Source: Ruminococcaceae bacterium UBA7212
GTDB taxonomy: Bacteria > Bacillota > Clostridia > Oscillospirales > Acutalibacteraceae
Assembly (NCBI GenBank): GCA_002490525.1
Contig: DKUE01000037.1
Coordinates: 62,014 to 126,013 of the forward strand
DNA length: 64,000 nt
Direction of reading: 5' to 3'
Shown here: in pieces, positions 1 to 10,068 of the stretch
Position numbering within the stretch: position 1 is the stretch's first letter
How the letters are laid out: every line of letters starts with the position of its first letter
The notes under the pieces: generated by a model
Seen by the model: the letters and a program-made list of their open reading frames with translations, nothing else
The model's database searches: none
Told to the model about the DNA's origin: nothing
Made by a program: the position numbers and the translations under genes

Positions 1-333
1 ATCGAAGATATGAAGCAGGCAGCGAAATTCCGCGGCGGCGAATGTCTCTCCGAGTCCATGACCAAAGGCGACATGGCAGCCAAGTTGAAATGGAAATGCG
101 GTCACTGCGGTGCAGAATTTGAAGCAAGCCCCGCTCTGATTCTGTTGGGCGGTCACTGGTGCCCCGAGTGCTATGTTCCGCAGAAAGCTTGGGATTATGA
201 CTCGATTGCAAAGTCCAATCCGTTCTTTGCACAGGTTTGGTATCCGAGCCACAGAGAAGACGAGCACAACCGCTACGAGTTCGACGATTTGTTCCACATC
301 AACGGTGTTGCCTGGGATGATATTAAGAGATAA
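1..333 (+). CDS. C-terminal fragment of a hypothetical zinc-ribbon protein (5' end outside window)
   Basis: Frame 1 is open from base 1. Double CxxC motif (KWKCGHCGAEF...HWCPECY). Stop at 331-333 is followed by a hairpin. Confidence 0.4.
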   Translation: MEDMKQAAKFRGGECLSESMTKGDMAAKLKWKCGHCGAEFEASPALILLGGHWCPECYVPQKAWDYDSIAKSNPFFAQVWYPSHREDEHNRYEFDDLFHINGVAWDDIKR

Positions 334-352
334 TTTTGTCTTCTACATAGGA

Positions 353-382
353 AAGACCTGCCTTTCGGCGGGTCTTTTTCTT
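353..382 (+). terminator. Rho-independent terminator
   Basis: AAGACCTGCC / GGCGGGTCTT stem (one mismatch), loop TTTC, then a T-run. Confidence 0.5.
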
Positions 383-406
383 CCCAAAGCTTTTTAGGAG
401 TATAAA

Positions 407-2557
407 ATGGATATTCAACAGACACTCGCGCAGGAATGCAACCTGCAAGCATGGCAGGTTGCCGCAGTAGTTTCCTTGTATGATGAAGGATGTACGGTAC
501 CGTTTATTGCACGGTATCGCAAAGAAGCACACGGTGCACTGGACGACCAAACCATTCATAAAATTTTGGAACGTCTAGAGTATCTTCGGAATTTTACGAC
601 GCGCCGCGATGAAATACACACCGCCATCGACACGCTCGGAAAAATGACCGATGCAATCGCCGCCGCACTGCAAGGTGCAAAAACGCTTTCGGAATTAGAG
701 GATATTTACCGTCCCTACCGTCCGAAAAGACGTACACGCGCAACAATCGCGCGGGAAAAGGGCTTGGAATCGCTTGCCGAATTTTTAGCGGCACAGGCAA
801 AGAACTGTGACCCGTATCACGAGGCGAAACGGTATATCAATGCAGAAAACGGTGTGCACACGGTGGAAGAGGCCCTGGCAGGTGCACAGGATATTTTAGC
901 AGAACAGCTTTCGGACCATGCAGACCTGCGTCGCAGACTGCGCAACCTGTATGCAGTAACGGGAACTCTATATTCCAAAGCGGCAAATCAGGATGCGGAA
1001 AGCGTATACACGATTTATTACGACTATCAGGAAGCGGTGGAAAAGATTCCCGGTCACCGTATACTTGCCGTGAACCGCGGCGAAAAAGAGGGATTTTTAA
1101 AAGTCAGTGTTTCTATGGATGAGGCAAAGGCGCTGCAGCTTGCCGCTCGGGAAATGATTACACAGCCCGCTTCCCCCTGCGCACCGTTTTTGGAAGCCGT
1201 TTGCAAAGACAGTTATACCCGTTTGATTGCGCCCTCCATTGAACGGGAGACGCGCAATATGCTGACCGACCGCGCGGCGGCAGGCGCAATCCAGAATTTC
1301 GGCGCAAATTTAAAGGAACTGCTCATGCAGCCACCCGTCAGAAATCAAGTCACCATGGGGCTTGACCCCGGATACCGCACCGGATGCAAGTGCGCCGTTG
1401 TGGACGGTACAGGCAAAGTGCTTGCAACGGATGTGCTGTATATTACCCATTCCGAAGCACAAAAGCAAACTGCCGCCGCGAAGGTGAAATCGCTGATACA
1501 AAGACACGGTGTCGGCGTCATTGCCATCGGTAACGGTACGGCAAGCAAAGAGACGGAAATTTTTGTCTGCGATTTACTGAAAACGGTTTCGCAAAAGGTT
1601 TCCTATATGGTGGTCAGCGAGGCAGGCGCTTCCGTATATTCCGCAAGTAAATTGGCTGCTGAAGAATTCCCGCAGTTTGATTTGACCCTGCGCAGTGCAG
1701 TCAGCATCGCACGCCGTCTGCAAGACCCGTTGGCAGAGCTTGTCAAAATCGAACCGAAAGCCATCGGCGTTGGGCAATACCAGCATGACATGCCGAAAAA
1801 GGAATTGGAAACGGAACTGAACTTTGTGGTGGAATCCTGTGTGAACGCAGTCGGGGCAGACTTAAACACAGCCTCTGTGCCCTTGCTTACACGGGTTTCC
1901 GGCATTACGTCGTCAATCGCCAAAAACATTGTCGCCTACCGTGAAGAAAACGGACGGTTTGAAAGCCGCGCACAGCTAAAAAAAGTGCCGAAGCTCGGTC
2001 CGAAGGCATTTGAACAGTGTGCGGGATTTCTGCGCATTGCAGACGGAAAAAATCCGCTGGACAAAACCGCCGTGCATCCCGAAAGCTATGCGGCGGCACA
2101 GCAATTGTTAGATACACTCGGCTTTCAAAAAAACGACATCGGCACACAGAAGCTTGCAGAATTACAGGCACGCGCCGACACATTCGGCGAAAATGCACTT
2201 GCCGAAAAAATCGGCATCGGACTGCCGACCTTACGGGATATGATATCTGAGCTTACCCGCCCCGGACGCGACCCGCGTGACGAGCTTCCGCCGCCGATGC
2301 TGCGCACGGATGTTTTGGACATGAATGACTTGAAGGTCGGTATGGAATTACAGGGAACCGTGCGCAACGTGATTGATTTCGGTGCGTTTGTGGACATTGG
2401 CGTGCACCAGGACGGACTTGTACACATTTCACAGATTTGCGACCGCTTTATTAAGCATCCGAATGAGGTGTTAAAGGTCGGAGAAACCGTCAAAGTGCGC
2501 GTGCTTGCCGTAGATGAGAAAAAAGGGCGTATCAGCCTAACCATGAAAGACCTGTAA
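407..2557 (+). CDS. tex: Tex-like transcription accessory protein (YqgF/RNase H-like, HhH and C-terminal S1 domains)
   Basis: 716 aa. N-terminal VPFIARYRKE motif, C-terminal S1 domain (GTVRNVIDFGAFVDIG...GLVHISQ). RBS TAGGAG upstream. Confidence 0.9.
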   Translation: MDIQQTLAQECNLQAWQVAAVVSLYDEGCTVPFIARYRKEAHGALDDQTIHKILERLEYLRNFTTRRDEIHTAIDTLGKMTDAIAAALQGAKTLSELEDIYRPYRPKRRTRATIAREKGLESLAEFLAAQAKNCDPYHEAKRYINAENGVHTVEEALAGAQDILAEQLSDHADLRRRLRNLYAVTGTLYSKAANQDAESVYTIYYDYQEAVEKIPGHRILAVNRGEKEGFLKVSVSMDEAKALQLAAREMITQPASPCAPFLEAVCKDSYTRLIAPSIERETRNMLTDRAAAGAIQNFGANLKELLMQPPVRNQVTMGLDPGYRTGCKCAVVDGTGKVLATDVLYITHSEAQKQTAAAKVKSLIQRHGVGVIAIGNGTASKETEIFVCDLLKTVSQKVSYMVVSEAGASVYSASKLAAEEFPQFDLTLRSAVSIARRLQDPLAELVKIEPKAIGVGQYQHDMPKKELETELNFVVESCVNAVGADLNTASVPLLTRVSGITSSIAKNIVAYREENGRFESRAQLKKVPKLGPKAFEQCAGFLRIADGKNPLDKTAVHPESYAAAQQLLDTLGFQKNDIGTQKLAELQARADTFGENALAEKIGIGLPTLRDMISELTRPGRDPRDELPPPMLRTDVLDMNDLKVGMELQGTVRNVIDFGAFVDIGVHQDGLVHISQICDRFIKHPNEVLKVGETVKVRVLAVDEKKGRISLTMKDL

Positions 2558-2562
2558 TTCTG

Positions 2563-3549
2563 TTACGGATTTCCTTTTTCTAAAATATACGAATCCACAA
2601 AAATAATTTCAGGCGCGGCAGTCGGTTCGGCTACCGCGCCGCTTTGGACTGCACTGTACATTTCACGAAGGGTTCTTGCACCGATTTCAGCAAAATCGAC
2701 GGCAATGGTTGCGGTCAGAACACCGTTTTCGATACTTTTACGCGCCGCCTCTGTTCCGCCCGTACCGACAATTAAAACTTCCTCGGATTTCCCCACGTTT
2801 TGCACTGCCCGACACACTTCAAGTGCAGTTTTATCATTACAGCAGTAAAATGCCTTTAAATCTGCATTTTTGCTTATCAGCTGTTCCGCACGGCTTTTCA
2901 AAGCGTTTCCTTCCGCAGATACGGTTTTGGTGTCTATCAGACGGACACCTGTCGCACCCCGCACAGCGTTTTCCGCCCCCTGTTTCAGCTTTTCCTCTGT
3001 CAAGCTTTCAGACAAAACGGCAACCGCGCCGCCTTTTGTCAGCTTACTCACAATATAGTTTGCGCCTTGCGCGCCCAGTTGTTCGGCATTCACGGTTACC
3101 GCGGCAAAAACGCCGCTGGCCTCCTGTATCGTCGACAAATTCACAGTATCTCCGAAAAGCACCGTATAAATTCCTTTTTTCTCGGTGACAGAAAGTCCTT
3201 CCGAAAGGTCGTCATCCGTTGTCAGCGGCGCAATTCCAATCGCCTTATAGCCCTTTTCTATACAATCTTTCAGAATTTGAAGCTGTCCGTGAATATCCGC
3301 CGCATCATTTGCATAAAAAATATCCACCGTAATCCCCAGCCGCACCGCCTCCTCCTCTACGCCCCTGCGTGCGGTTTCCGTAAACGGGTCGGAAAGGGAT
3401 TTAAATATCACAGCATATACCGTGTGCGGTTCCGCGTCTTTTTCCGACTTCGGCGCACGTACCTCTTTTCCGCATCCCGTAAAAACGGTTCCCAGCAAAA
3501 ACAAACACACGGCAAAAATGCCGCCTACCGAAACTTTATTTCTTTTCAT
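2563..3549 (-). CDS. Sugar ABC-type periplasmic binding lipoprotein (RbsB/Peripla_BP_4-like), no transporter partner nearby
   Basis: Signal peptide plus lipobox (LLGTVFTGC). Periplasmic-binding fold sequence throughout. Start moved to the internal Met (MKRNKVS). Confidence 0.75.
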   Translation of the reverse strand: MKRNKVSVGGIFAVCLFLLGTVFTGCGKEVRAPKSEKDAEPHTVYAVIFKSLSDPFTETARRGVEEEAVRLGITVDIFYANDAADIHGQLQILKDCIEKGYKAIGIAPLTTDDDLSEGLSVTEKKGIYTVLFGDTVNLSTIQEASGVFAAVTVNAEQLGAQGANYIVSKLTKGGAVAVLSESLTEEKLKQGAENAVRGATGVRLIDTKTVSAEGNALKSRAEQLISKNADLKAFYCCNDKTALEVCRAVQNVGKSEEVLIVGTGGTEAARKSIENGVLTATIAVDFAEIGARTLREMYSAVQSGAVAEPTAAPEIIFVDSYILEKGNP

Positions 3550-3874
3550 AAGCGCATCCTTCCGCAGTATGCGTCTGCACCGAAACATGTAAGCCCAGTT
3601 TTTCGGAAAGCCCGCGTTCCAACGCCGTATTTTGCAGATTCCCGAGACCGCTGTCCGCCTTAGGCAGACAGATGTTCACCGCACGTACACGGTTTGCAAT
3701 ACCGTGCCGTACCATGTAGCCCAACAGCACATGCGACAGCACCTCCTCCGCTCCCGGATTTTTCAGCATACATGCAGAATGCGTTTCAAAATCCCGCATT
3801 TCCCCATTGCGAAGCCTTGTCCCGATTTGAAAATTCGTATCGCCTATATCGGCGCCGACTGTCAGAAATTCCAT
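3536..3874 (-). CDS. ROK-family N-terminal stub (112 aa), possibly a gene remnant
   Basis: ADIGDTNFQIG and ICLPKADSG...LGLHVSVQ resemble the first ~100 aa of ROK kinases/repressors. The ORF then ends and overlaps the next gene's start. Confidence 0.4.
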   Translation of the reverse strand: MEFLTVGADIGDTNFQIGTRLRNGEMRDFETHSACMLKNPGAEEVLSHVLLGYMVRHGIANRVRAVNICLPKADSGLGNLQNTALERGLSEKLGLHVSVQTHTAEGCAYEKK

Positions 3875-3966
3875 ATTGCAACCTTCTTCAATTGAAAATA
3901 GTTGCTCATATTGTTTGTTAACGCTTTTTCAATATGCAATTTTCACAAAAAAAGTTCGTTTCTCGG

Positions 3967-3995
3967 TTGACACCGTTTTTGCAGAATACTATAAT
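3967..3995 (+). promoter_or_regulatory. Sigma-70/SigA-type promoter upstream of alr
   Basis: TTGACA, 17 nt, TATAAT (both hexamers consensus), about 70 nt upstream of the alr ATG. Confidence 0.5.
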
Positions 3996-4063
3996 TAAAA
4001 TGGAGTTGGAGCACATTTTCGTGTATACTGCTTTTCAAAAAACTTTAAGAAGGTTCACACTTT

Positions 4064-5218
4064 ATGAAACTGCCGAAACGCGTTTACGCGCAAATTGATT
4101 TGGATGCAATTTGTCAAAACATACAAAACGTGATGCAAAAAGTCGGTACAGAAACCAAAGTCATGGCAGTCATTAAGACCGACGCCTATGGGCACGGAGC
4201 TGTGTCGGTGGCGCGGGCGTTGGAAAGCATCGGTACACACGCCTTTGCAGTAGCAACCGCAGAGGAAGCCTTAGAACTGCGCGCAGCAGGCATCACCGTA
4301 CCGATTTTGATATTAGGTTATATTTTTCCCGAAGATTTTCCACGCCTTTTGAAAAACGATATTATGCTGACAGTTTTCCGATATGAAACCGCAAAAGAGA
4401 TTTCTGCATGTGCCGAACAACTCGGGATTTGTGCACAGGTACATGTCAAAATAGACACCGGTATGGGGCGCATCGGTTTTCTGCCGAATACGGAAAGTCT
4501 TTCTGAAATCGAAAAGATTGCCAACCTTCCCTCTGTTTCCATTGACGGAATCTTTACGCATTTTGCCTGCGCGGATGAAGCGGATAAGACCTCCTGTAAT
4601 CGGCAAAAGCAGAAATTCCTTGATTTTTTACAGGCATTAGAGATGCGCGGCATACACATTTCATGCCGGCACATGCATAACAGCGCGGGGATTATTGAAT
4701 TTTCCGACGGATTCCTCAATATGGTACGCAGCGGGATTATGACCTATGGGTTATATCCGTCTGAAGAGGTTTTGAAAGAAAGCTTCCCACTTTCCCCCGC
4801 TTTACAGCTGAAAAGCCACGTATCTTTCGTGAAAACGGTCAGCAAGGGTTTTACCGTCAGCTATGGTTCCACCTATACCACCGACAAAGAGAAAACCGTA
4901 ATTGCCACAATCCCCGTCGGGTACGGAGACGGATACCCGCGGGCGCTTTCAAATGCCGGACGTATACTCGTGCACGGACAATATGCACCGATTATCGGGC
5001 GGGTATGCATGGACCAGTTTATGGCAGACGTAACGGAAATTCCGAATGTACAGGCAGGAGACAGCGTAACACTGATTGGCACAGACGGCGCAAACCGCAT
5101 TTCTGTCGAGGAGGTCGCAGAGCTCGCGCACAGCTTCAACTATGAATTCTGCTGCGGTATTAACAAGCGTGTGCCGCGCGTATATTTTCGAAACGGAACA
5201 TTGCAGGACATTACATAA
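4064..5218 (+). CDS. alr: Alanine racemase
   Basis: 384 aa. PLP-lysine motif VIKTDAYGHGAV. Full-length similarity pattern to Alr. Confidence 0.9.
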   Translation: MKLPKRVYAQIDLDAICQNIQNVMQKVGTETKVMAVIKTDAYGHGAVSVARALESIGTHAFAVATAEEALELRAAGITVPILILGYIFPEDFPRLLKNDIMLTVFRYETAKEISACAEQLGICAQVHVKIDTGMGRIGFLPNTESLSEIEKIANLPSVSIDGIFTHFACADEADKTSCNRQKQKFLDFLQALEMRGIHISCRHMHNSAGIIEFSDGFLNMVRSGIMTYGLYPSEEVLKESFPLSPALQLKSHVSFVKTVSKGFTVSYGSTYTTDKEKTVIATIPVGYGDGYPRALSNAGRILVHGQYAPIIGRVCMDQFMADVTEIPNVQAGDSVTLIGTDGANRISVEEVAELAHSFNYEFCCGINKRVPRVYFRNGTLQDIT

Positions 5219-5238
5219 AACCGAAACGGGGTATCCAT

Positions 5239-5802
5239 ATGGAATTTGATAAATTTGACGCATTTGATGCAGGTATTGAACTTGGCGGACTGCGCAACCG
5301 CAACGAAATTCGTCTGTTGGTTTGTTATCTTTTGAAAGCGATTGATAAACCGATTCCGCGTTCGCTTGTGGTGGACGCCATTTTGAACGACGGGCTTGCA
5401 AACTATTTTGAAATCAACGAAGCCATTGCCGAGCTGTTAAAGGGCGGCAACATTGACCGCGACATTGCGGACGGTGAGGAAATTTTGACCGTCACCGCGC
5501 GTGGACGTAATTCGGCAGAGCTTTTGGAAACAACACTCCCGAAAACCGTACGCGAAAAATCCGTAAATGCGGCAATCAAGCTGACCACTCTGGCACAAAA
5601 TAAACGGGAAAACGAAATTCTTACCGAAAAACTGCCTGACGGCGGCTACAATGTGACATTTGTGCTCGGCAGTCAAGGTGACGAGCTGATGCGCTTAACA
5701 GTATTTGTAGCCGACGGCATGCAGTTAGAGGTTGTTAAGAACAACTTCCTGGAAGACCCTGTCAAGCTGTATTCGAGTATTATTACCGCATTAACGATTT
5801 AA
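5239..5802 (+). CDS. DUF4364-like hypothetical protein
   Basis: 187 aa. The pattern EIRLLVCYLL...YFEINEAIAELL resembles clostridial DUF4364 proteins, from memory of the family and not searched. Confidence 0.5.
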   Translation: MEFDKFDAFDAGIELGGLRNRNEIRLLVCYLLKAIDKPIPRSLVVDAILNDGLANYFEINEAIAELLKGGNIDRDIADGEEILTVTARGRNSAELLETTLPKTVREKSVNAAIKLTTLAQNKRENEILTEKLPDGGYNVTFVLGSQGDELMRLTVFVADGMQLEVVKNNFLEDPVKLYSSIITALTI

Positions 5803-5833
5803 ATGCCTTCTTGAGAAATCGGAGAAATATAAT

Positions 5834-6298
5834 ATGGAATATATTACTGCAACCCCGGATATGGTTGATGCAATACACTATTGTTTACATACAACCATTC
5901 ATACTGTATATCCAAAATATTATCCGCAAGAGGTCGTGGATTTCTTTTGCCGACATCACAGTAAGGAACATATTTCAGAGGGCATCGTTTCCGGAAATAT
6001 GGGTGTATTGTTAAACGATGGTGCAATTGTGGGCACAGGATGTTTTGATGAAAACCACATCACAGGCTTATATGTACTGCCCGACTGTCAAAATCAAGGC
6101 TTTGGCTCACAAATTCTGAATTGTTTGGAAGCAAAAATTGCCGGAAAGCATTCTACCGCCCGCTTAGATGCCTCTCTGCCGGCGGTTTGTTTGTATGAAC
6201 ACAGAGGGTATAAAACAGTGGGACACGGAATATACACATTAGAAAATGATGTGAAGTTGGTTTATGAAATTATGGAGAAAAACCTGAAAGCAAATTAA
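5834..6298 (+). CDS. GNAT family N-acetyltransferase
   Basis: 154 aa. Acetyl-CoA motif region LYVLPDCQNQGFGSQIL. Confidence 0.75.
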   Translation: MEYITATPDMVDAIHYCLHTTIHTVYPKYYPQEVVDFFCRHHSKEHISEGIVSGNMGVLLNDGAIVGTGCFDENHITGLYVLPDCQNQGFGSQILNCLEAKIAGKHSTARLDASLPAVCLYEHRGYKTVGHGIYTLENDVKLVYEIMEKNLKAN

Positions 6299-6335
6299 AC
6301 ACAGGCAAGGCATCCTATCTATAGGGTTGACCGAC

Positions 6336-6366
6336 AAAAGCCGAACGCGTCTTGCGTTCGGCTTTT
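6336..6366. terminator. Bidirectional hairpin terminator (GNAT gene on +, 5S rRNA on -)
   Basis: GCCGAACGC / GCGTTCGGC perfect 9-bp stem flanked by AAAA and TTTT. Confidence 0.6.
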
Positions 6367-6427
6367 AAAATATTTTCCTGAGAAAGCAAAAAAATAGCCC
6401 CCCTATTGGGGAACTACTTTCAAAAAT

Positions 6428-6543
<116 letters not shown>

Positions 6544-6584
6544 TTGAGAAACCGTGCAACGCACATCTCTCAACTGCGAGACAT

Positions 6585-6613
6585 AGTATAGCACAGTCTT
6601 TCACAGAATGCAA
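6585..6613 (-). promoter_or_regulatory. Putative promoter of the orphan 5S gene
   Basis: Minus strand TTGCAT, 17 nt, TATACT, about 40 nt upstream of the mature 5S 5' end. Confidence 0.45.
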
Positions 6614-6666
6614 GTGTTTTTTGCAAAAAAATTCAAAAAAATCTAATTTTTTTGAATTCTGCTGCC

Positions 6667-7167
6667 TCATTCGCTTACCAGCACTTTTTCTATTACGCCG
6701 ACATACATTCTGTGATAATCCTTTGCGGCATAGGTATCCATAATAGAGGCATCCAAAAAGCCCGCGGGATCAAGGTCCTGAAAAGCGGCCTTTCGGCAAA
6801 CCAAAACCGTTTTCGCCTGCTCGAAAGTAACTGCACCCTCTGCCTCTATGGGAATCAAACCGGTTTCTTTGCATTTGTCAATATCTCTGCCCGACCTTGC
6901 ACCGCAGACCCCCAGTTCTTTTTTACATTCTCCGCCGAAAAAGCTCAAGGTAAAATATGTGCTTTTTTCCATGAATTCATATGTGTAACGTTGCGGACGA
7001 ACAAATACGAAAGCAACATCCTTGCCCCAAAGCTCACCGACCCCTCCCCAGCTGACGGTCATGGTATTAAACGCCGACTTGTCGCCCGCCGTAAGCAATG
7101 CCCAGTCTTCTGCAATCATTTTTACGGGGGAAACATTCAGTTCCCGCATGGTTGTTTCCTGAAACAT
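6667..7167 (-). CDS. Flavin reductase family protein (FMN-binding split barrel)
   Basis: 166 aa. MTVSWGGVGELWGKDVAFVFVRPQRYT is typical of the flavin reductase-like domain. RBS AAGGAG. Confidence 0.75.
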   Translation of the reverse strand: MFQETTMRELNVSPVKMIAEDWALLTAGDKSAFNTMTVSWGGVGELWGKDVAFVFVRPQRYTYEFMEKSTYFTLSFFGGECKKELGVCGARSGRDIDKCKETGLIPIEAEGAVTFEQAKTVLVCRKAAFQDLDPAGFLDASIMDTYAAKDYHRMYVGVIEKVLVSE

Positions 7168-7500
7168 ACCGTATCACTCCTTAGGTTTCTAATCATAATC
7201 TATTTTATTCCGAAATGCAAGGAAAATTTACCGAAAGATACCGCAGAAGTGTTCGGTGATTTCAGCGACGTTTCTGTGCAAGAATGCAGGGATACACCAC
7301 AGGGACACCCCTCGTAACTTTCCGCCTTCAGTCGGCATGAGTGCAATACATCCCCTTCCTCTTCGTTCCCTGCTCCTGCACTTGCTCCCGTTTGACTTCT
7401 CTCTGCACCTTTACCTTTTTTCACACATATTGGACAATACTTTGAAATAGGGATTATTCTCCATCCTGTAGATATTTGACGATAGATTTGCGCTCGCACA

Positions 7501-7537
7501 TAAAATCTCTCCGAACTCGAAAAAGGGTTCAGAGAGA
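7501..7537 (-). terminator. Possible terminator downstream of the HTH/TM gene
   Basis: Minus strand TCTCTCTGAAC / GTTCGGAGAGA stem (10 of 11 bp) followed by TTTTA. Confidence 0.35.
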
Positions 7538-7645
7538 AATTACAATTTCATCTGTGCATGTTTATCCGCCTGCAAAACACCGTTTTTATTTCGCAGACTG
7601 TGCGTTCTGATAAAATGAACGCGTGGTTATTGTTATAAAGCTGCT

Positions 7646-8170
7646 TTATGCCAATTTATCTTTCTCCCGTGTCAAGAAAATTCCAACGATTGCCCCTATA
7701 AGCGTAATCGGTGCTGCCCTAATAAACAGCCATTCGAAAGCATGCAAAGTTACTCCGGCAACAGCGGTTTCAGGAGCACTGTAATTCCAACCTAAATAGG
7801 AACTATTTAATTCTATTAAGACTGCTGAAATTGTTACTATGACCGCACACAATAAGATAAGTGACCAATGAAACGCTTTTCGTCTTGCAGTCTTCCTTCG
7901 TGCGAGCTGCAAGTTTATAATTTCCCGTTTTTCGGAAATCGCCTTTAAATCATCAACCTTCGGCTCGGCAACAGTTTCTCCAAGCAAAGTACCCACAGGC
8001 GTTTCAAGCACTTCGGATAGAGAAATCAGCATATCAGAATCGGGAACGGACAAGCCTTGCTCCCATTTAGAGATTGTTTGGCGCACCACATTGAGTTTGA
8101 TAGCAAGCTCCGCTTGTGAAAGTCCTTTTGATTTTCTGATTGCTTTAATGTTTTCGTTTAACATTCGCAT
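7646..8170 (-). CDS. XRE-family HTH protein with C-terminal transmembrane segments
   Basis: N-terminal LSQAELAIKLNVVRQTISKWEQG (Cro/C1 HTH). Two hydrophobic helices in the C-terminal half. RBS AAGGAGG. Confidence 0.75.
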   Translation of the reverse strand: MRMLNENIKAIRKSKGLSQAELAIKLNVVRQTISKWEQGLSVPDSDMLISLSEVLETPVGTLLGETVAEPKVDDLKAISEKREIINLQLARRKTARRKAFHWSLILLCAVIVTISAVLIELNSSYLGWNYSAPETAVAGVTLHAFEWLFIRAAPITLIGAIVGIFLTREKDKLA

Positions 8171-8436
8171 AATCCTCCTTTTTTATGATTATATATCAAA
8201 ACTTCCCGTTGCCACAAGCAACGCAGGTTAACATCCGCAGAAAACAGACAAAGAGGCAGAGATTTCTCTTGCCGTCCTTGCCTGCCGATATGTAAATAAT
8301 TTCCCTATTCGCAATCGCCATAACACACACCCGAATACGGTTTATCACTCTGCCCATTCCAAAGCGTTTCCGGTAAGATTATATTCCGTTATTGGGTTAC
8401 GGTAATGGGGCGGGTGCGAATTTGAATCCTACGGGT

Positions 8437-8471
8437 AAAATTGACGAAGCACCGGCGCTTTGCGCCGATGC
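8437..8471 (-). terminator. Possible terminator downstream of htrA
   Basis: GCATCGGCGC / GCGCCGGTGC stem on the minus strand, T-rich tail. Confidence 0.4.
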
Positions 8472-8532
8472 TCCACTTTTATCTATGTGAATATCCGTGG
8501 TGCGTGCATGCACCTTCGCTTGCGGAAACTGA

Positions 8533-10068
8533 TTAGTTCCCGTAGCCGTAAGCACCAAACGGATTATAATAACTGCTTTGCGTTGTTGATTCCGCGACTG
8601 CGGAATTGCCCTTGTCTTCTACCAGCTTAACCGTTACATCGAATTCAGAAATCGAATAGTTATTCTTGGTGTCGACACGGCAAATGGTTAAGGTCAACTC
8701 GTCGCCGACATTTGCCTCTTCAATCATATTGGGAAGGATATCCGTAGAATCCAGCGGTTTTCCGTTCGCCTTAATAATCATATCGCCCTGCTGTACTTCC
8801 GTACCCATAAGCGGACTGTCCGTTGTGACGGACTGAATGACAATTGTACCTGCGGGCAACTGATTTGCACCGACAATCATACTGTACATTTGATTGGATG
8901 AGGCAGAGAAGTAATTGATGCCCAGTTTGGCACGGTTGGTAACATAACCGTTTTTCACAATTTCGTCAAAAACCTCTTTTACGGTCACACTCGGTACGGC
9001 AAAGCCCATACCTTCATATTCCGTATTCGCGATTTTCGAGGAATTGATGCCGATTACCTGCCCGTAAGCATTGACCAGCGCACCGCCGGAATTACCGGGA
9101 TTAATTGCCGCTGTATGCTGAATACAAAGCATTTCATAGCCTATTTGGCTGTCAATCGGGCGGGAAATTGCAGACACCATGCCGTTTGTAAAGGAACCTG
9201 CAAACGCCACACCGCCGGGATTGCCTATGGCGTATACGGTTTCGCCGACGGAAAGCGCATCGGAATCGCCGAACTGCGCCGCTTTTAAACCGTTTGCGCG
9301 GATGCGCAGTACACCGATATCCGTACGGGAATCCATCCCGACAACGGCGGCATCGTACTGTGTTTCATCATGCATCTGTACCTTTACCGTTTTGCCGCCT
9401 TCAATGACATGCGCACAGGTTACTATATAGGTATAATTACCTGTCGAATCCTCGCCGACAATTACACCTGTCCCCTCACCTGCCAGCGCCTGATTGTTAA
9501 AACCGCTGTTGGCATATACCAATATACCTACCGAGCTTTCCTGCACCTTTTCATAAACACCTTTCGCGGTCAGCTCGCCGTTGGCATCAGTCAGTGCCGC
9601 CGTCGGTGTTTCCTGAATAGAAGCAGAGGGCAATTCATCGGCGGAAGGCTTTTTGATGACACGGTTCTTTGCAGAAACACCGATAACCACCGCCGCAATT
9701 GCCAAAACCAAACAGCCCGCCACTGCGGCAAAGAAAATTTTTAAGCCTTTATTCTTATGCTTGGAATTGTTTTGGTTCACCTGTTTTTTTTGCGGGGACT
9801 GCGGTGTACCGTAATAGGTGTAATTCTGCGCACTGTTTTGCGCGTAGCCGTTACCGTACGGCGGCGGAGTATGCACGCCGCCGGAGTACGGATAGCCGTA
9901 ATTCGGCGGCGCCGAACCGTAGTACGGGTTGGTGTTCGGCGCGCCTGACGGATTTGATGCACGGTTCTGTTCCTCTGCGGCAGACACCTGTGCCGCGTCC
10001 GGTGCCGTTTCCCGATTCGGCTCGTTCGGTGTATCTTCAAAAAATTCTTTATTGGTTTCTTCGCTCAT
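8533..10068 (-). CDS. htrA: HtrA/DegP-family trypsin-like serine protease with PDZ domain, membrane anchored, Pro/Tyr/Gly-rich N-terminus
   Basis: Catalytic motifs TCAHV and GNSGGAL. C-terminal PDZ. One TM helix. Start placed at MSEETNK, 6 nt after GGAGG. Confidence 0.85.
   Translation of the reverse strand: MSEETNKEFFEDTPNEPNRETAPDAAQVSAAEEQNRASNPSGAPNTNPYYGSAPPNYGYPYSGGVHTPPPYGNGYAQNSAQNYTYYGTPQSPQKKQVNQNNSKHKNKGLKIFFAAVAGCLVLAIAAVVIGVSAKNRVIKKPSADELPSASIQETPTAALTDANGELTAKGVYEKVQESSVGILVYANSGFNNQALAGEGTGVIVGEDSTGNYTYIVTCAHVIEGGKTVKVQMHDETQYDAAVVGMDSRTDIGVLRIRANGLKAAQFGDSDALSVGETVYAIGNPGGVAFAGSFTNGMVSAISRPIDSQIGYEMLCIQHTAAINPGNSGGALVNAYGQVIGINSSKIANTEYEGMGFAVPSVTVKEVFDEIVKNGYVTNRAKLGINYFSASSNQMYSMIVGANQLPAGTIVIQSVTTDSPLMGTEVQQGDMIIKANGKPLDSTDILPNMIEEANVGDELTLTICRVDTKNNYSISEFDVTVKLVEDKGNSAVAESTTQSSYYNPFGAYGYGN

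Noticed and set aside
7200-7499. 99-aa minus-strand ORF in the long spacer.
   Set aside because: GTG start, no RBS, low-complexity Gly/Ala/Glu stretch, no recognisable family. It is kept only as part of the unexplained-gap finding.
8390-8475. tRNA- or tmRNA-like feel (GCGAATTTGAATCC resembles a T-loop).
   Set aside because: No acceptor-stem pairing, no GGTTCGAATCC-type T-arm with a complementary stem, and no anticodon arm could be drawn. A terminator-type hairpin explains the only strong structure.
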